DNA of 64,000 nucleotides from Acidobacteriota bacterium (GCA_049967655.1 JBMFSH010000010.1:22430-86429), one strand, 5' to 3'. Positions 11,853 through 20,980 are shown, counted from the stretch's first letter. Notes: generated from the sequence alone by a model not told the origin. Made by a program: numbers and translations.

Positions 11853-12929
11853 TTACCCTACCCTTAACGGCATGCCCTGGACCATGGCTCGGCGGGCGGT
11901 GGCTTCGAGGACTCGGACGGCCTGGACCAGCGGCCCGAAGCGGGGGTCCTGGGTCTGGCCGTGGTAGAAGCGGTAGTAGATCTGCTGGGCGATGCCGGCG
12001 AGGCGGAAGAGGCCGTAGATGTAGTAGAAGGTGGCGTCCTCGACGGCCAGGCCCGCGCCGTCGAGGTAGAGGGCGACCACCTCGCGCCGGGTGAGGGCGC
12101 CGGGGAGCGTGGTGGGCTCGACCCGGATGGCGCGCAGCTCGGGGGGGTCGTCCGCCTGAACCCAATAGGCGAGGGAGGCGCCCAGGTCCATGAGGGGATC
12201 GCCGATGGCGGCCATCTCCCAGTCCAGCACGCCGATGATGCGCGTGGGGTCGAGGGGATCGAGGACCACGTTGTCCAGGCGGAAGTCGTTGTGGACCAGG
12301 GCGGCGCCCCGCTCGGGCGGTCTCCGGGCCTCCAGCCAGGCCATTACCTCCTCGAAATCGGGCGCATCGGGGGTGCGCGCGTCGCGGTAGCGGCGGCTCC
12401 AGCCGGCGATCTGCCGCTCCACGTAGCCCTGGGGCTTGCCGAACTCCTCCAAGCCGAGGGAGCGGTAGTCGAGGGCGTGCAGGGCCCGGTGGGCCTGCAC
12501 GAGGCGCTCGCAGAGGGTGCGCACGGCCCCGGCGGAGAGGCCCAGCCCCTCGGGCAGGTCGCGGCGGAGAATCAGGCCGCGGAGGCGCCGCATGATGAAG
12601 AAGGGCGCTCCCAGCACGGAGAGATCGTCGCAGTAGAGGAGGGGCTCGGGGGCGTAGGGATAATGTCCCGAAAGGGCGCTCAGGACGGTCCACTCGCGGT
12701 GCATGTCGTGGCCGGTCTTGGGGATCTTGCCGAAGGGCGGCCGGCGCAGGACAAACTCCTCGCCGCCCATCCGGAGGAGGTAGGTGAGGTTGGAGTGGCC
12801 GGAGGGGAACTGGGTGACCCCCAGCTCCCCCGTCAGCGCCGGAATCCGACCCCGAAGGTAGCCGGCCAGGCGGGCCGCGTCGAGCTCCTCGCCGGGCCTC
12901 GGCGGACGGGTGCTATCCTCGAAAGACAT
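11853..12929 (-). CDS. APH-type phosphotransferase (ACAD10/11 N-domain-like or LvaA-like kinase)
   Basis: HNDFRLDNVVL Brenner/catalytic loop and VLDWEMAAIGDPLMDL. Its start overlaps the upstream ACAD stop by 17 nt. Confidence 0.85.
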   Translation of the reverse strand: MSFEDSTRPPRPGEELDAARLAGYLRGRIPALTGELGVTQFPSGHSNLTYLLRMGGEEFVLRRPPFGKIPKTGHDMHREWTVLSALSGHYPYAPEPLLYCDDLSVLGAPFFIMRRLRGLILRRDLPEGLGLSAGAVRTLCERLVQAHRALHALDYRSLGLEEFGKPQGYVERQIAGWSRRYRDARTPDAPDFEEVMAWLEARRPPERGAALVHNDFRLDNVVLDPLDPTRIIGVLDWEMAAIGDPLMDLGASLAYWVQADDPPELRAIRVEPTTLPGALTRREVVALYLDGAGLAVEDATFYYIYGLFRLAGIAQQIYYRFYHGQTQDPRFGPLVQAVRVLEATARRAMVQGMPLRVG

Positions 12930-14148
12930 CCAACCCTCCTTCGCCGGCGCGGTGCGTCTCCCGGTACGGCTTCAGGATCCGGTGGGCCAGGGAGAGCTTG
13001 TGGACCTCGTCGGCGCCGTCGTAGATGCGGGCGGCCCGCTCGTGCCGGTAGAAAAAGGCGATGACCGTATCGTCCGTCATGCCCAGGCCGCCGAAGAGCT
13101 GGAGCGCCCGGTCCACGACGTGCTGCATCACGTTCGCCACGACGAACTTGACCATGGAGATCTCTTCCCGGGCCTCCTTCCAGCCCAGGCTCTCCACCTT
13201 CCAGGCGGTCTGGAGGGTGAGGGCACGGGCGGCTTCGATCTCCGCGGCGCTCTCGGCGATCCAGGCCTGCACGATCTCCTTGTCCGCGAGCACCTGCCCT
13301 GGGGCGATGGGGCGGGTCACGGCCCGCTTGCACATGAGGTCGAAGGCCCGCCGGCAAACCCCGAGCCAGCGCATGGCGTGGTGGATCCTCCCGGGGCCGA
13401 GGCGCTCCTGGGCGATGCGGAAGCCGTCGCCCTCGGGCCCCAGCAGGTTGGAGCGGGGCACGCGGCAGGAATGGTAGAGGATCTCGGCGTGGCTGAAGGG
13501 CCCCGAGCCGGAGTGGCCCATGACGGCGATGTTGCGCACCAAATCGAAGCCGGGGGTGTCGGTGGGCACGATGATCATGCTGGCCCGCCGGTAGGGAGCC
13601 GCCTCGGGATCGGTGACGGCCATGACGATGGCGAAGGCCGCCCCGTCAGCCGCCGTGGTGTACCACTTCTGGCCGTTGATGACGTAGTCCTCTCCCTCCT
13701 TCTGCGCCGTCGTATCCATCATGACGGGGTTGGAGCCAGGCAGCTCGACCTCGGTCATGGAGAAGCAGCTCCGGATCTCGCCCCGCACCAGGGGCCCCAG
13801 CCAGCGCTCCTTCTGTTCGGGGGTTCCGTGGTCGTGCAGGATCTCGATGTTGCCCGCGTCGGGTGCCTGACAGCCGAAGAGGTAGTGGCCGAGGGGACTC
13901 TGGCCGAGGACCTCGGAGACGAGGGCGAAGTCCGTCAGCGGCAGTTCCATCCCGCCGTACTCCTTGGGCTGGGCGGGCGCCCAGAGGCCCATCTGCCGCA
14001 CCTTCCGCCGGAGCCCCTCGGCCTCGCCCTCGATGGCCGGGAAGCCCCGGCTGAGGAAGGCGCGCTCCAGCGGGAAGACCTCCCGCTCCATGAACTGCTG
14101 CATGAGCTGGATCATGGCCCTGGTCTGCTCGCTCACCGTGAAATCCAT
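12913..14148 (-). CDS. Acyl-CoA dehydrogenase family protein (ACAD10/11-like or LvaC-like subgroup)
   Basis: MDFTVSEQTRAM... start with GGAGG SD. RLGPGRIHHAMRWLG and IYDGADEVH motifs. The 826-aa track ORF is an upstream extension. Confidence 0.88.
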   Translation of the reverse strand: MDFTVSEQTRAMIQLMQQFMEREVFPLERAFLSRGFPAIEGEAEGLRRKVRQMGLWAPAQPKEYGGMELPLTDFALVSEVLGQSPLGHYLFGCQAPDAGNIEILHDHGTPEQKERWLGPLVRGEIRSCFSMTEVELPGSNPVMMDTTAQKEGEDYVINGQKWYTTAADGAAFAIVMAVTDPEAAPYRRASMIIVPTDTPGFDLVRNIAVMGHSGSGPFSHAEILYHSCRVPRSNLLGPEGDGFRIAQERLGPGRIHHAMRWLGVCRRAFDLMCKRAVTRPIAPGQVLADKEIVQAWIAESAAEIEAARALTLQTAWKVESLGWKEAREEISMVKFVVANVMQHVVDRALQLFGGLGMTDDTVIAFFYRHERAARIYDGADEVHKLSLAHRILKPYRETHRAGEGGLDVFRG

Positions 14149-14255
14149 CCTCGCCTCCCCTCGCGTGAATCCGCGGTCCTTGGTGCGACTCCCATGGTAG
14201 GGCCTGAGGCGGCCCGGGTCAAAGGCAGCCGCGAGAGTATCGGCTGGCTGTCGGG

Positions 14256-15377
14256 TCAGGAGAGGCCGAATTCGCGGAGGACGGCGTCGGTGTGCTCGCC
14301 CAAGGCCGGAGCGGGGAAGGGGGGCGTGGCTCCCAGCGAGGCCAGCAGCGGTCCCGGCGTCCGAAGGCTGCCGCCGCCGGGGGCGGGCGTCGCCTCGAAG
14401 AAGGGGGCCAGAGGCGAGGCTCCCGAGGCGGCCTCGTCGAGGCCGTTCACGGCGGAGAGCGGGAGGGCCCGCTCGATGGCCTCCTCCAGCCAGTGGGCCG
14501 AGGGTTCCCGGTCCATGGCCTGCTGAATGCGCTCGGCGGCGGCCCGCCCCTCGGGGCCGGGGTCGAGCCCCGCGCCCGCCAGTTCGGGCAGCCCGACCAG
14601 GTCGAGGAAGCCGGTCCAGAATTTCGGTTCGAGCGCGCAGAGGGCGACGCTCCGCCCGTCGGCGCACCGGTAGCAGCGGTAGGCGGGGAGGGCTCCCTCC
14701 GACAGGTGCTCCCAGAGCCCGCCTCCGCCCGCCGCGGCCTCGGCCATGGGCCAGAGGAGAAAGGGGAGGGGAGCCAGGGCGAGGGGCTGGTCCAGGAAGG
14801 CTCCGCGGCCCGTCCTGGCCCTCCCGAGCAGGGCCGCCAGCACGGCCGAGGCGGCCAGCAGGCCTCCGCCCACGTCGGCGAGCGGGACCGGCAGGGGCCG
14901 CGTTTCGCCGGAGGAGGCGAGGGCCCCGGCTAGCGCCGCGAAGTTGAGGTCGTGGCCCACGCCACCCGAGTGCGGGCCGGAGGCGCCGAAGCTGCTCATG
15001 GAGCAGACCACGAGTGCGGGGTTGACCGAGGCGAGCCGGTCGTACCCCACGCCCCACCTCTCCATGGTGCCCGGCCGGAAGCTCTCCGCGAGCACGTCGG
15101 CGTGTTTGGCCAGGGCGCGGAGCCGGGCCGCATCGACCGGATCTTTCAGATTCAGGCAGATGGACTGGGCGCCGCGGTAGAGCGCCGCGAAGCCGGCCCC
15201 GACGCCGTTCACGAGCGGAGGGGTGGCGCGCAGAAGGTCGCCGCCGGCGGGCTCCTCCACCTTGATGACGCGCGCCCCGAGATCCAGCAGCATCCTCGCC
15301 AGGACGCCTCCCGGCAGCATGCGCGTGCAATCCAGCACCAGCGTTCCATCCAACGGCGGGGAAGGGGGGGTCTTCAC
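14256..15377 (-). CDS. Family III CoA-transferase (CaiB/BaiF or alpha-methylacyl-CoA racemase family)
   Basis: VLDCTRMLPGGVLARMLLDLGARVIKVEEPAGGD N-terminus is typical of the family. Confidence 0.85.
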   Translation of the reverse strand: MKTPPSPPLDGTLVLDCTRMLPGGVLARMLLDLGARVIKVEEPAGGDLLRATPPLVNGVGAGFAALYRGAQSICLNLKDPVDAARLRALAKHADVLAESFRPGTMERWGVGYDRLASVNPALVVCSMSSFGASGPHSGGVGHDLNFAALAGALASSGETRPLPVPLADVGGGLLAASAVLAALLGRARTGRGAFLDQPLALAPLPFLLWPMAEAAAGGGGLWEHLSEGALPAYRCYRCADGRSVALCALEPKFWTGFLDLVGLPELAGAGLDPGPEGRAAAERIQQAMDREPSAHWLEEAIERALPLSAVNGLDEAASGASPLAPFFEATPAPGGGSLRTPGPLLASLGATPPFPAPALGEHTDAVLREFGLS

Positions 15378-15443
15378 GGCTCCTCCTGGTCAACGGTCAA
15401 GGGCGGCGGCAGGCCCATCGCCCCGGCGCCCTCAAGCCGGTCC

Positions 15444-17084
15444 TCACCGGTTCCGAACGGGCCGGAAGGCCTGGATGAAGCGCATCATCTCAGCCAGGTT
15501 GCTCACCTTGACCTTACCCATCATGAATGCCGACTGGGGGTTCACCGCGCCCGTCTCGATGCCCAGATAGGTGGCCTCCTTCATCTCGACGCGGCAGTCG
15601 GGCTCGCCCTCCAATCCCTCCGAGACCGAAACGGACTCGCCATCGATCCGGACCGTCCACTCGGGCGAGGCGGACCCCTGAATGCGGTAGTGGAAGAGCG
15701 AGCGCCAGCCGTCGGTCTTGCCCGGTCTCAGCCGGGCGGGCAGGGAGCGCATGAGCGCCTCCACGGTGCGGGGCGGCTCGGGCTGGGCCGGTGCGTCGCC
15801 GGCCGGTGGGCCGGAGGAAGAGGGCTCGGGCGGCGCCGGCACCGGCTGCCTGGGCTCGGCGGGCCGAGGCGGTCGTGTGTGTGCCGTCTGGCGGGGCGGC
15901 CGGGCCGAGGGCGCGGTCTTCTCCTCAGGCGAGCCCTGGTCCAGGGCCAAGCGGATGATGATTTCGCGCATGATCTCCGAGGTGCCCGCCGCCATGGTGG
16001 CCGCCCGGGCGTCCCGGAAGAATCGCGCCGCCGGGTACTCCTCCATGAAGCCGTAGCCGCCGAAGAACTGGAGGCACTCGTCAGCCACTTTCTTGCCAAG
16101 CTCGGTGGCCATGAGCTTGGCCATGGAGGATTCGAGCACCGCCGGCCGGCCCTCCCGCCGCAGCCACGCGGCGTGGTAGGTGAGCTGGCGCGCGGCCTCC
16201 AGCTCGGCGTACAGGTCGGCCATGCGGTGACGCAGGACCTGGAAGCGGTCCAGCGGCCGGCCGAAGGCCTTGCGCTGGGCCATGTAGCGGCGCGTGAAGT
16301 CCAGGGCCACGACGGAGCTTCCGATGGAGATGGCGGCGGCGCAGAGCCGCTCCAGGGCGAAGCCCTCCATGATCTGGTAGAAGCCGCTGTTCTCCTCGCC
16401 GATCAGGTGGCCGGCGGGGACGCGGACCTCCTCGAAGGAGAGCTCCGCCGTGTCCGAGCTGTGCCAGCCCAGCTTGCGCAAGCGGCGCGCCACGCGCACG
16501 CCGGGCGCGTCGGCGTCCACGGCCAGGAGGCTGATGCCCGCCGCTCCGTCCTCGGCGCTGCAGGTGCGCACGGCGAGGGTGAAGAAATCGCCCTCGGCAC
16601 CGTTGGTGATGAAGGTCTTGGCGCCGTTGACCACGAAGTGGTCGCCGTCACGCCGGGCGCGGGTGCGGATGGAGGCCACGTCCGAGCCCGTGTCGGGTTC
16701 GGTGATGGCGAGCGCCCCCACCTTGGCCCCGGCGATGGAGGGGGCGAGGTAGAGTCGCTTCAGTTCCTCCGAGCCGTTGGCGGCGATGTGGGCCGTGGCC
16801 ATGAACTGCTGCACCGAGACGGAGGCGCAGAAGCCACCCATGAGGGAGCGGGGAAGCTCCTCCAGGAAGGCGATGGCGAAGAAGAGGTCGGCCTCCTGGC
16901 CGCCGTAGGCCTCGGGATGGAGGATCCCGAGGAAGCCCAGCTCGCCCATGCGCTGAAAGATGCTCCGGGGGATGCGGCCCTCCTGCTCCCACGCCTCGGC
17001 GTGCGGGGCCACCTCCTCCGTCACGAACCGCCGGACGCTGCGGCGGAACGCTTCGTGCTCATCCGTGAAGTAGATGGACTTCAT
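15444..17084 (-). CDS. Acyl-CoA dehydrogenase fused through a Pro-rich linker to a C-terminal SCP2 sterol-carrier domain
   Basis: Complete ACAD core of about 380 aa, then about 70 aa of P/A/E-rich linker. The tail GAVNPQSAFMMGKVKVSNLAEMMRF is an SCP2 signature. Confidence 0.85.
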   Translation of the reverse strand: MKSIYFTDEHEAFRRSVRRFVTEEVAPHAEAWEQEGRIPRSIFQRMGELGFLGILHPEAYGGQEADLFFAIAFLEELPRSLMGGFCASVSVQQFMATAHIAANGSEELKRLYLAPSIAGAKVGALAITEPDTGSDVASIRTRARRDGDHFVVNGAKTFITNGAEGDFFTLAVRTCSAEDGAAGISLLAVDADAPGVRVARRLRKLGWHSSDTAELSFEEVRVPAGHLIGEENSGFYQIMEGFALERLCAAAISIGSSVVALDFTRRYMAQRKAFGRPLDRFQVLRHRMADLYAELEAARQLTYHAAWLRREGRPAVLESSMAKLMATELGKKVADECLQFFGGYGFMEEYPAARFFRDARAATMAAGTSEIMREIIIRLALDQGSPEEKTAPSARPPRQTAHTRPPRPAEPRQPVPAPPEPSSSGPPAGDAPAQPEPPRTVEALMRSLPARLRPGKTDGWRSLFHYRIQGSASPEWTVRIDGESVSVSEGLEGEPDCRVEMKEATYLGIETGAVNPQSAFMMGKVKVSNLAEMMRFIQAFRPVRNR

Positions 17085-17108
17085 GGCCCGCTCCCGTTCA
17101 GCCAGACG

Positions 17109-17193
17109 CCTAATCGCTTAATCGCCTAATCGCTTAATCGCTTAATCGCCTAATCGCTTAATCGCCCAGTTACCTCGTCACCGAGCCCCCTCA
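17109..17193 (-). repeat. Octamer array (TAATCGCY)x7 on + strand (GCGATTAR on the coding strand), plus a GATGATGAGGGGG-type tail
   Basis: Units start at 17111, 17119, 17127, 17135, 17143, 17151 and 17159. Lies in the 109-bp spacer between the fadB stop (17194) and the ACAD-SCP2 start (17084). Confidence 0.9.
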
Positions 17194-19317
17194 TCATCCC
17201 TCGTAAAACTTCTTCCCGCTCTTGGCCATCTCGACGAGGAGCGGTGCGGGGTTGAAGCGCTGGCCGTGCAGCTTGGCGAGCGCCTCATACTGGTCCACGG
17301 CCTGGCGGGCGCCCAGGGCATCCAGGTACCGGAAGGGGCCGCCGCGGAAGGGAGGAAAGCCCAGGCCGAAGACGGCGCCCACGTCCCCGTCGCGGGGGCA
17401 GGAGAGCACCCCCTCCTGGAGGCAGTGGACGGCCTCGTTGGCCATGAGGAGGGCGAGGCGCTCGGCCATGGCCTTGCGGTCCATGGGGCGCCGCGGCACG
17501 CCGCCGAGCAGGCCGTAGACCTCCGCGTTGGGCCGCTTCCTTCCCTTCTTCCCGCGGGGAGGATAGACGTAAAAGCCCCGGCCGTTCTTCCTCCCCTGGT
17601 AGCCGGCCTCAAAGAGCCTGGGCAGGGCGTCGCTCGCCCCCAGACCGCGGTGGGCGTACACGGGCCCGAGCTCCTTGGCGACGTGGGCGCCCACGTCGAT
17701 GCCCACCTCGTCCAGGAGGGTGACCGGCCCCACGGGGTAGCCGAAATCCTTCAGTGCGCTGTCCAGATCCTCCATGCGCGCACCCTCCTCCAGGAGGAGC
17801 ACCGCCTCGTTCAGGAAGGGGGAGAGAATACGCGTCGTGTAGAATCCTGGACCATCCTCCACCACGATGGCGGTCTTGCCCTGCTTCACGGCGAAGGCGC
17901 GGGCCGTGGCCACGGCCCAGGGCGCCGTCTTCTCGGCGACGACCAGCTCCAGCAGGGGCATCTTGGGCACCGGGGAGAAGTAGTGCATGCCGAGAACGCG
18001 CTCGGGGTGGAGAGCCTTCTCGGCGATTGCGGCGATGGGCAGGGCGGAGGTGTTGGAGGCGAAGACGCACTCGGCCGACACCAGCGCCTCTACCTCGGCG
18101 AGCACCTTCCGCTTGAGGTCGAGATCCTCGAAGACCGCCTCGATCACGAGGTCGGCCCGCCGCAGGGCCTCCGCCTCCTGGGTGAGGTGCAGGCGGGCAA
18201 AGAGGCGGTCGCGCTCGAAGCGGGAGATGGCTCCCGATTTGACGCGCTTGGAGAGGCCCGAATAGACGCCCCGCGCGCAGCCCTCCAGAGCCTTCTGCGA
18301 AAGGTCGCGGACCACCACGGGGGCCAGCTCCAGCGAGACGGCCGCGATGCCGCTGCCCATGAAGCCCGCCCCCAGCACGGCGAGCCGGCCGACGGGCCGC
18401 GGGGGCGTGGTGTCCAGCGGCTTCTTGAGTTCGGTGGTGGCCTCGAAGAGGCCGATGAGGGCCTTGCACTCGGGCCCCGCCACGAGCTGCCCGAAGAGGA
18501 CCGATTCCCTGTCGTACCCGGCCTGCGGCCCCTTGGCGTAGCCCGTCCGGACGCAGTCCAGGATGGAGAGGGGCGAGGGATAGAGCCCGTGGGTTTTGGC
18601 GATCACGCTCTTGTGCGCCTGCCGGAAGAGGAGGACCCGGCCGGGGGCGGATTCGAGCAGTCTCTCCATCCAAGGGCGCCTCCTCCCGCTCCGCCGGATG
18701 GAGCCGTCGAGCAGCCCGAGGGCCGTGCGGATGGCCGTCTCCTCGATGCCGCCGGGGGAGGTGAGGGCGTCCACGAGCCCAATTTTGAGTGCCTTGCGGG
18801 CGCGCACGCGCTGGCCCGTGAGCATCATGGGCAGGGCCGCGGGCAGGCCCACGAGCCGCGGTAGGCGCACCGTGCCGCCGCCGGCGGGAAGCAGCCCCAA
18901 CTGGACCTCGGGCAACCCCAGCACCACCTTGGGATCGTCCGCCGCCAGCCGGTAGTGGCAAGCCAGGGCCACCTCCAGCCCGCCCCCCAGGGCGAGGCCC
19001 GCGATGGCGGCCACCGTGGGTTTGGAGGAGCCGGCCACCCGGTCGAGGAGGGTGTGGCCCTCGCGCGAGAAGCGCTCGCCCACCATGGGATCGCGGATGG
19101 AGAGGAAGAACTTGAGGTCGGCCCCCGCGATGAAGTTGTCGGGCTTCGCGCTGACGAGCACGCAGGCCTTGACCCCTGGGTCGCCCTCGACGTCGTCGAT
19201 GACGCCGCGGAACTCCTCCACCACCTCGGGGGAGAGGATGTTCACCTTGCCCTTGGGGTTGTCGAAGGTGAGAACGGCCACCCCGTCCGGTCGTTTGGTC
19301 ACGCGGATCGCGCCCAT
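17194..19317 (-). CDS. fadB: Multifunctional enoyl-CoA hydratase / 3-hydroxyacyl-CoA dehydrogenase (FadB/FadJ-like)
   Basis: N-terminal crotonase fold (AAIAGLALGGGLEVALACH). Central NAD-binding motif (VLGAGFMGSGIA). The start MGAIRV... lies 2 nt after the thiolase stop. Confidence 0.9.
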   Translation of the reverse strand: MGAIRVTKRPDGVAVLTFDNPKGKVNILSPEVVEEFRGVIDDVEGDPGVKACVLVSAKPDNFIAGADLKFFLSIRDPMVGERFSREGHTLLDRVAGSSKPTVAAIAGLALGGGLEVALACHYRLAADDPKVVLGLPEVQLGLLPAGGGTVRLPRLVGLPAALPMMLTGQRVRARKALKIGLVDALTSPGGIEETAIRTALGLLDGSIRRSGRRRPWMERLLESAPGRVLLFRQAHKSVIAKTHGLYPSPLSILDCVRTGYAKGPQAGYDRESVLFGQLVAGPECKALIGLFEATTELKKPLDTTPPRPVGRLAVLGAGFMGSGIAAVSLELAPVVVRDLSQKALEGCARGVYSGLSKRVKSGAISRFERDRLFARLHLTQEAEALRRADLVIEAVFEDLDLKRKVLAEVEALVSAECVFASNTSALPIAAIAEKALHPERVLGMHYFSPVPKMPLLELVVAEKTAPWAVATARAFAVKQGKTAIVVEDGPGFYTTRILSPFLNEAVLLLEEGARMEDLDSALKDFGYPVGPVTLLDEVGIDVGAHVAKELGPVYAHRGLGASDALPRLFEAGYQGRKNGRGFYVYPPRGKKGRKRPNAEVYGLLGGVPRRPMDRKAMAERLALLMANEAVHCLQEGVLSCPRDGDVGAVFGLGFPPFRGGPFRYLDALGARQAVDQYEALAKLHGQRFNPAPLLVEMAKSGKKFYEG

Positions 19318-19319
19318 GG

Positions 19320-20615
19320 TCACACCCTCTCCAAGACGATGGCGTTGCCCACCGCTCCAGCGGCGCAGGCCGCCACCACTCCGAACCGGGCCCCCTCCCG
19401 CTCCATGCGGCGGCAGCAGGTGGTCACGAGCCTCCCGCCGGTGGCGCCGAAGGGGTGGCCGATGGAGAGGGAGCCGCCCCACGCGTTGAGCTTCTCCGGG
19501 TCGATGGCGCCCACGGGCTTCTCCGCCCCCAGGCGCTCTCGCGCAAAGCGCTCGTCCTCCAGCAGCCTGAGCACGGCGAGCATCTGCGCCGCGAAGGCCT
19601 CGTGGATCTCCCATACCCCCACCTCGGCAGGGGAGATGCCGGCGCTCTCCAGAACGCCGGGGATGGCGAAGGCCGGCCCCAGCAGCAGCTCGTCCAGGGG
19701 GTCTTGGGCCGTGGTGCTCACGGCGCGAAGGACGGCCAGTGGCTTGATCCCCTTGGCCTTCGCGCGCTCCTCGCTCATAAGGAGGACCGCCGAGGCGCCG
19801 TCCGTGAGGTAGGAGCTGTTGGCCGCCGTGACCGTGCCGAAGCGCCGGTCGAAGGCCGGCTTGAGGGAGGCCATCTTCTCGTAGGTGGAGTCCCCCCGCA
19901 CGCCGTTGTCCGCCTGCACGACCTTGAAGGCGGGCGGCGCGTAGAGGGGCACGATCTGGTCCGCGAAGAGCCCCTTGCGGGCCGCCTCCGCCGCCCGCTG
20001 GTGGGAGCGCAGGGCGTAGGCGTCCTGGTCAGCCCGGGAGATGCCCAGGCGCTTGGCCAGGCGCTCGGCGTTCTGCCCCATGGAGAGGCCCGTGGAGAAG
20101 TCGGCGATGGCGGGCACCTCGGGTGCAAGGTCGTGGAACTTCAGCCCCTTGGCCATGCCGAGCAAGCCCTTCAGCCCGCGGCTCTTCTGGCTGGCCATGA
20201 GGCGCTTTCGGATGTTTCTGGAAACCCGGATGGGCGCGTCGGAGAGGGTGTCGGTCCCCCCGGCGATGGCCACCTCCGCCTGCCCCAGGGCGATAGCGTT
20301 GGCGGCGCTCAGGATGGCGAGGTTGGCCGAGACGCAGGCCACGGTCACGGTGAAGGCGGGGACCGACACCGGGAGGCCGCTCGCCAGGCCCACCTCGCGG
20401 GCCACGTTGCTCGTGGCGGGGTCCTGGAGGACCGTCCCCATTACCAGGAGCTCCACCTCGCCGGGCTCCACCGGAGCGTGGTGGAGCAGCCCGGCCACCG
20501 CGTGGCGGCCGAGGTCGTAGGCGGTCAACTCCGCGAAGGCGGTCCCCGAGCGGGCGAAGGGCGTGCGCCGGCCGTCCATCACGACGACGCGGCGCCCGTT
20601 CATGACGCTTTTCAT
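19320..20615 (-). CDS. fadA: Acetyl-CoA acyltransferase (3-ketoacyl-CoA thiolase, FadA/FadI-like)
   Basis: Thiolase active-site regions (VTVACVSANLAI; GGSLSIGHPFGATGGR; ACAAGAVGNA). Start taken at MKSVMNGRR. Confidence 0.9.
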   Translation of the reverse strand: MKSVMNGRRVVVMDGRRTPFARSGTAFAELTAYDLGRHAVAGLLHHAPVEPGEVELLVMGTVLQDPATSNVAREVGLASGLPVSVPAFTVTVACVSANLAILSAANAIALGQAEVAIAGGTDTLSDAPIRVSRNIRKRLMASQKSRGLKGLLGMAKGLKFHDLAPEVPAIADFSTGLSMGQNAERLAKRLGISRADQDAYALRSHQRAAEAARKGLFADQIVPLYAPPAFKVVQADNGVRGDSTYEKMASLKPAFDRRFGTVTAANSSYLTDGASAVLLMSEERAKAKGIKPLAVLRAVSTTAQDPLDELLLGPAFAIPGVLESAGISPAEVGVWEIHEAFAAQMLAVLRLLEDERFARERLGAEKPVGAIDPEKLNAWGGSLSIGHPFGATGGRLVTTCCRRMEREGARFGVVAACAAGAVGNAIVLERV

Positions 20616-20676
20616 TGCTATCCCCCATCCATAGGCAACCGGGCCAGCGTCCGAATCCGCGCGGAGCTGCCACTCT

Positions 20677-20705
20677 TTTGTATGCGCCCCGCGAGGGGGT
20701 GTCAA
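20677..20705 (-). promoter_or_regulatory. Predicted sigma-70-type promoter TTGACA-N17-TACAAA for the fadA operon
   Basis: Minus strand reads TTGACAccccctcgcggggcgcaTACAAA, about 60 nt upstream of the fadA ATG. By-eye consensus match. Confidence 0.5.
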
Positions 20706-20730
20706 GGCTGACGCGCGCTCTTCGCGCCCC

Positions 20731-20865
20731 CCCTCCCTCCATCGCCCAATCGCTCAATCGCTCAATCGCTCAATCGCTCAATCGCCTAATAGCTCAATCG
20801 CTCAATCGCCTATAGCTCAATCGCTCAATCGCCTAATAGCTCAATCGCTTCTTCGCTCCATCTCC
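20731..20865 (-). repeat. Octamer array, 13 core units (CAATCGCT / CAATCGCC / TAATAGCT) with a 24-nt higher-order repeat
   Basis: Units run in phase from 20747 to 20849. One 7-nt unit (TATAGCT at 20811) is the exception. The block CAATCGCT-CAATCGCC-TAATAGCT occurs three times. Degenerate in-phase flanks on both sides. Confidence 0.92.
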
Positions 20866-20980
20866 CAACCCCTATCCAGTGCTATCCTACCCACGGCCCG
20901 CCACCCGAAGATCTCCACGGTCACCCACGCGGGATGAAAGCGGGCCCGAGCGCCGTTGCGGGTTCTGGAGGAGAGAGGCC

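Noticed and set aside
12913-15393. 826-aa ORF-track entry, and analogous over-long entries at 17194-19614, 26441-27949, 40608-42095 and 54514-56958
   Set aside because: The upstream parts are low-complexity read-through into the neighbouring gene region. Recognisable protein sequence begins at internal starts that have SD sequences or ATGA coupling: 14148, 19317, 27520, 41792 and 55012.
20747-20849. Possible CRISPR array (regular short repeats), also at 24201-24344 and 45551-45646
   Set aside because: The units are 7-8 nt and directly abut each other with no unique spacers. There are no cas genes in the window. These are microsatellite-like arrays, not CRISPR.
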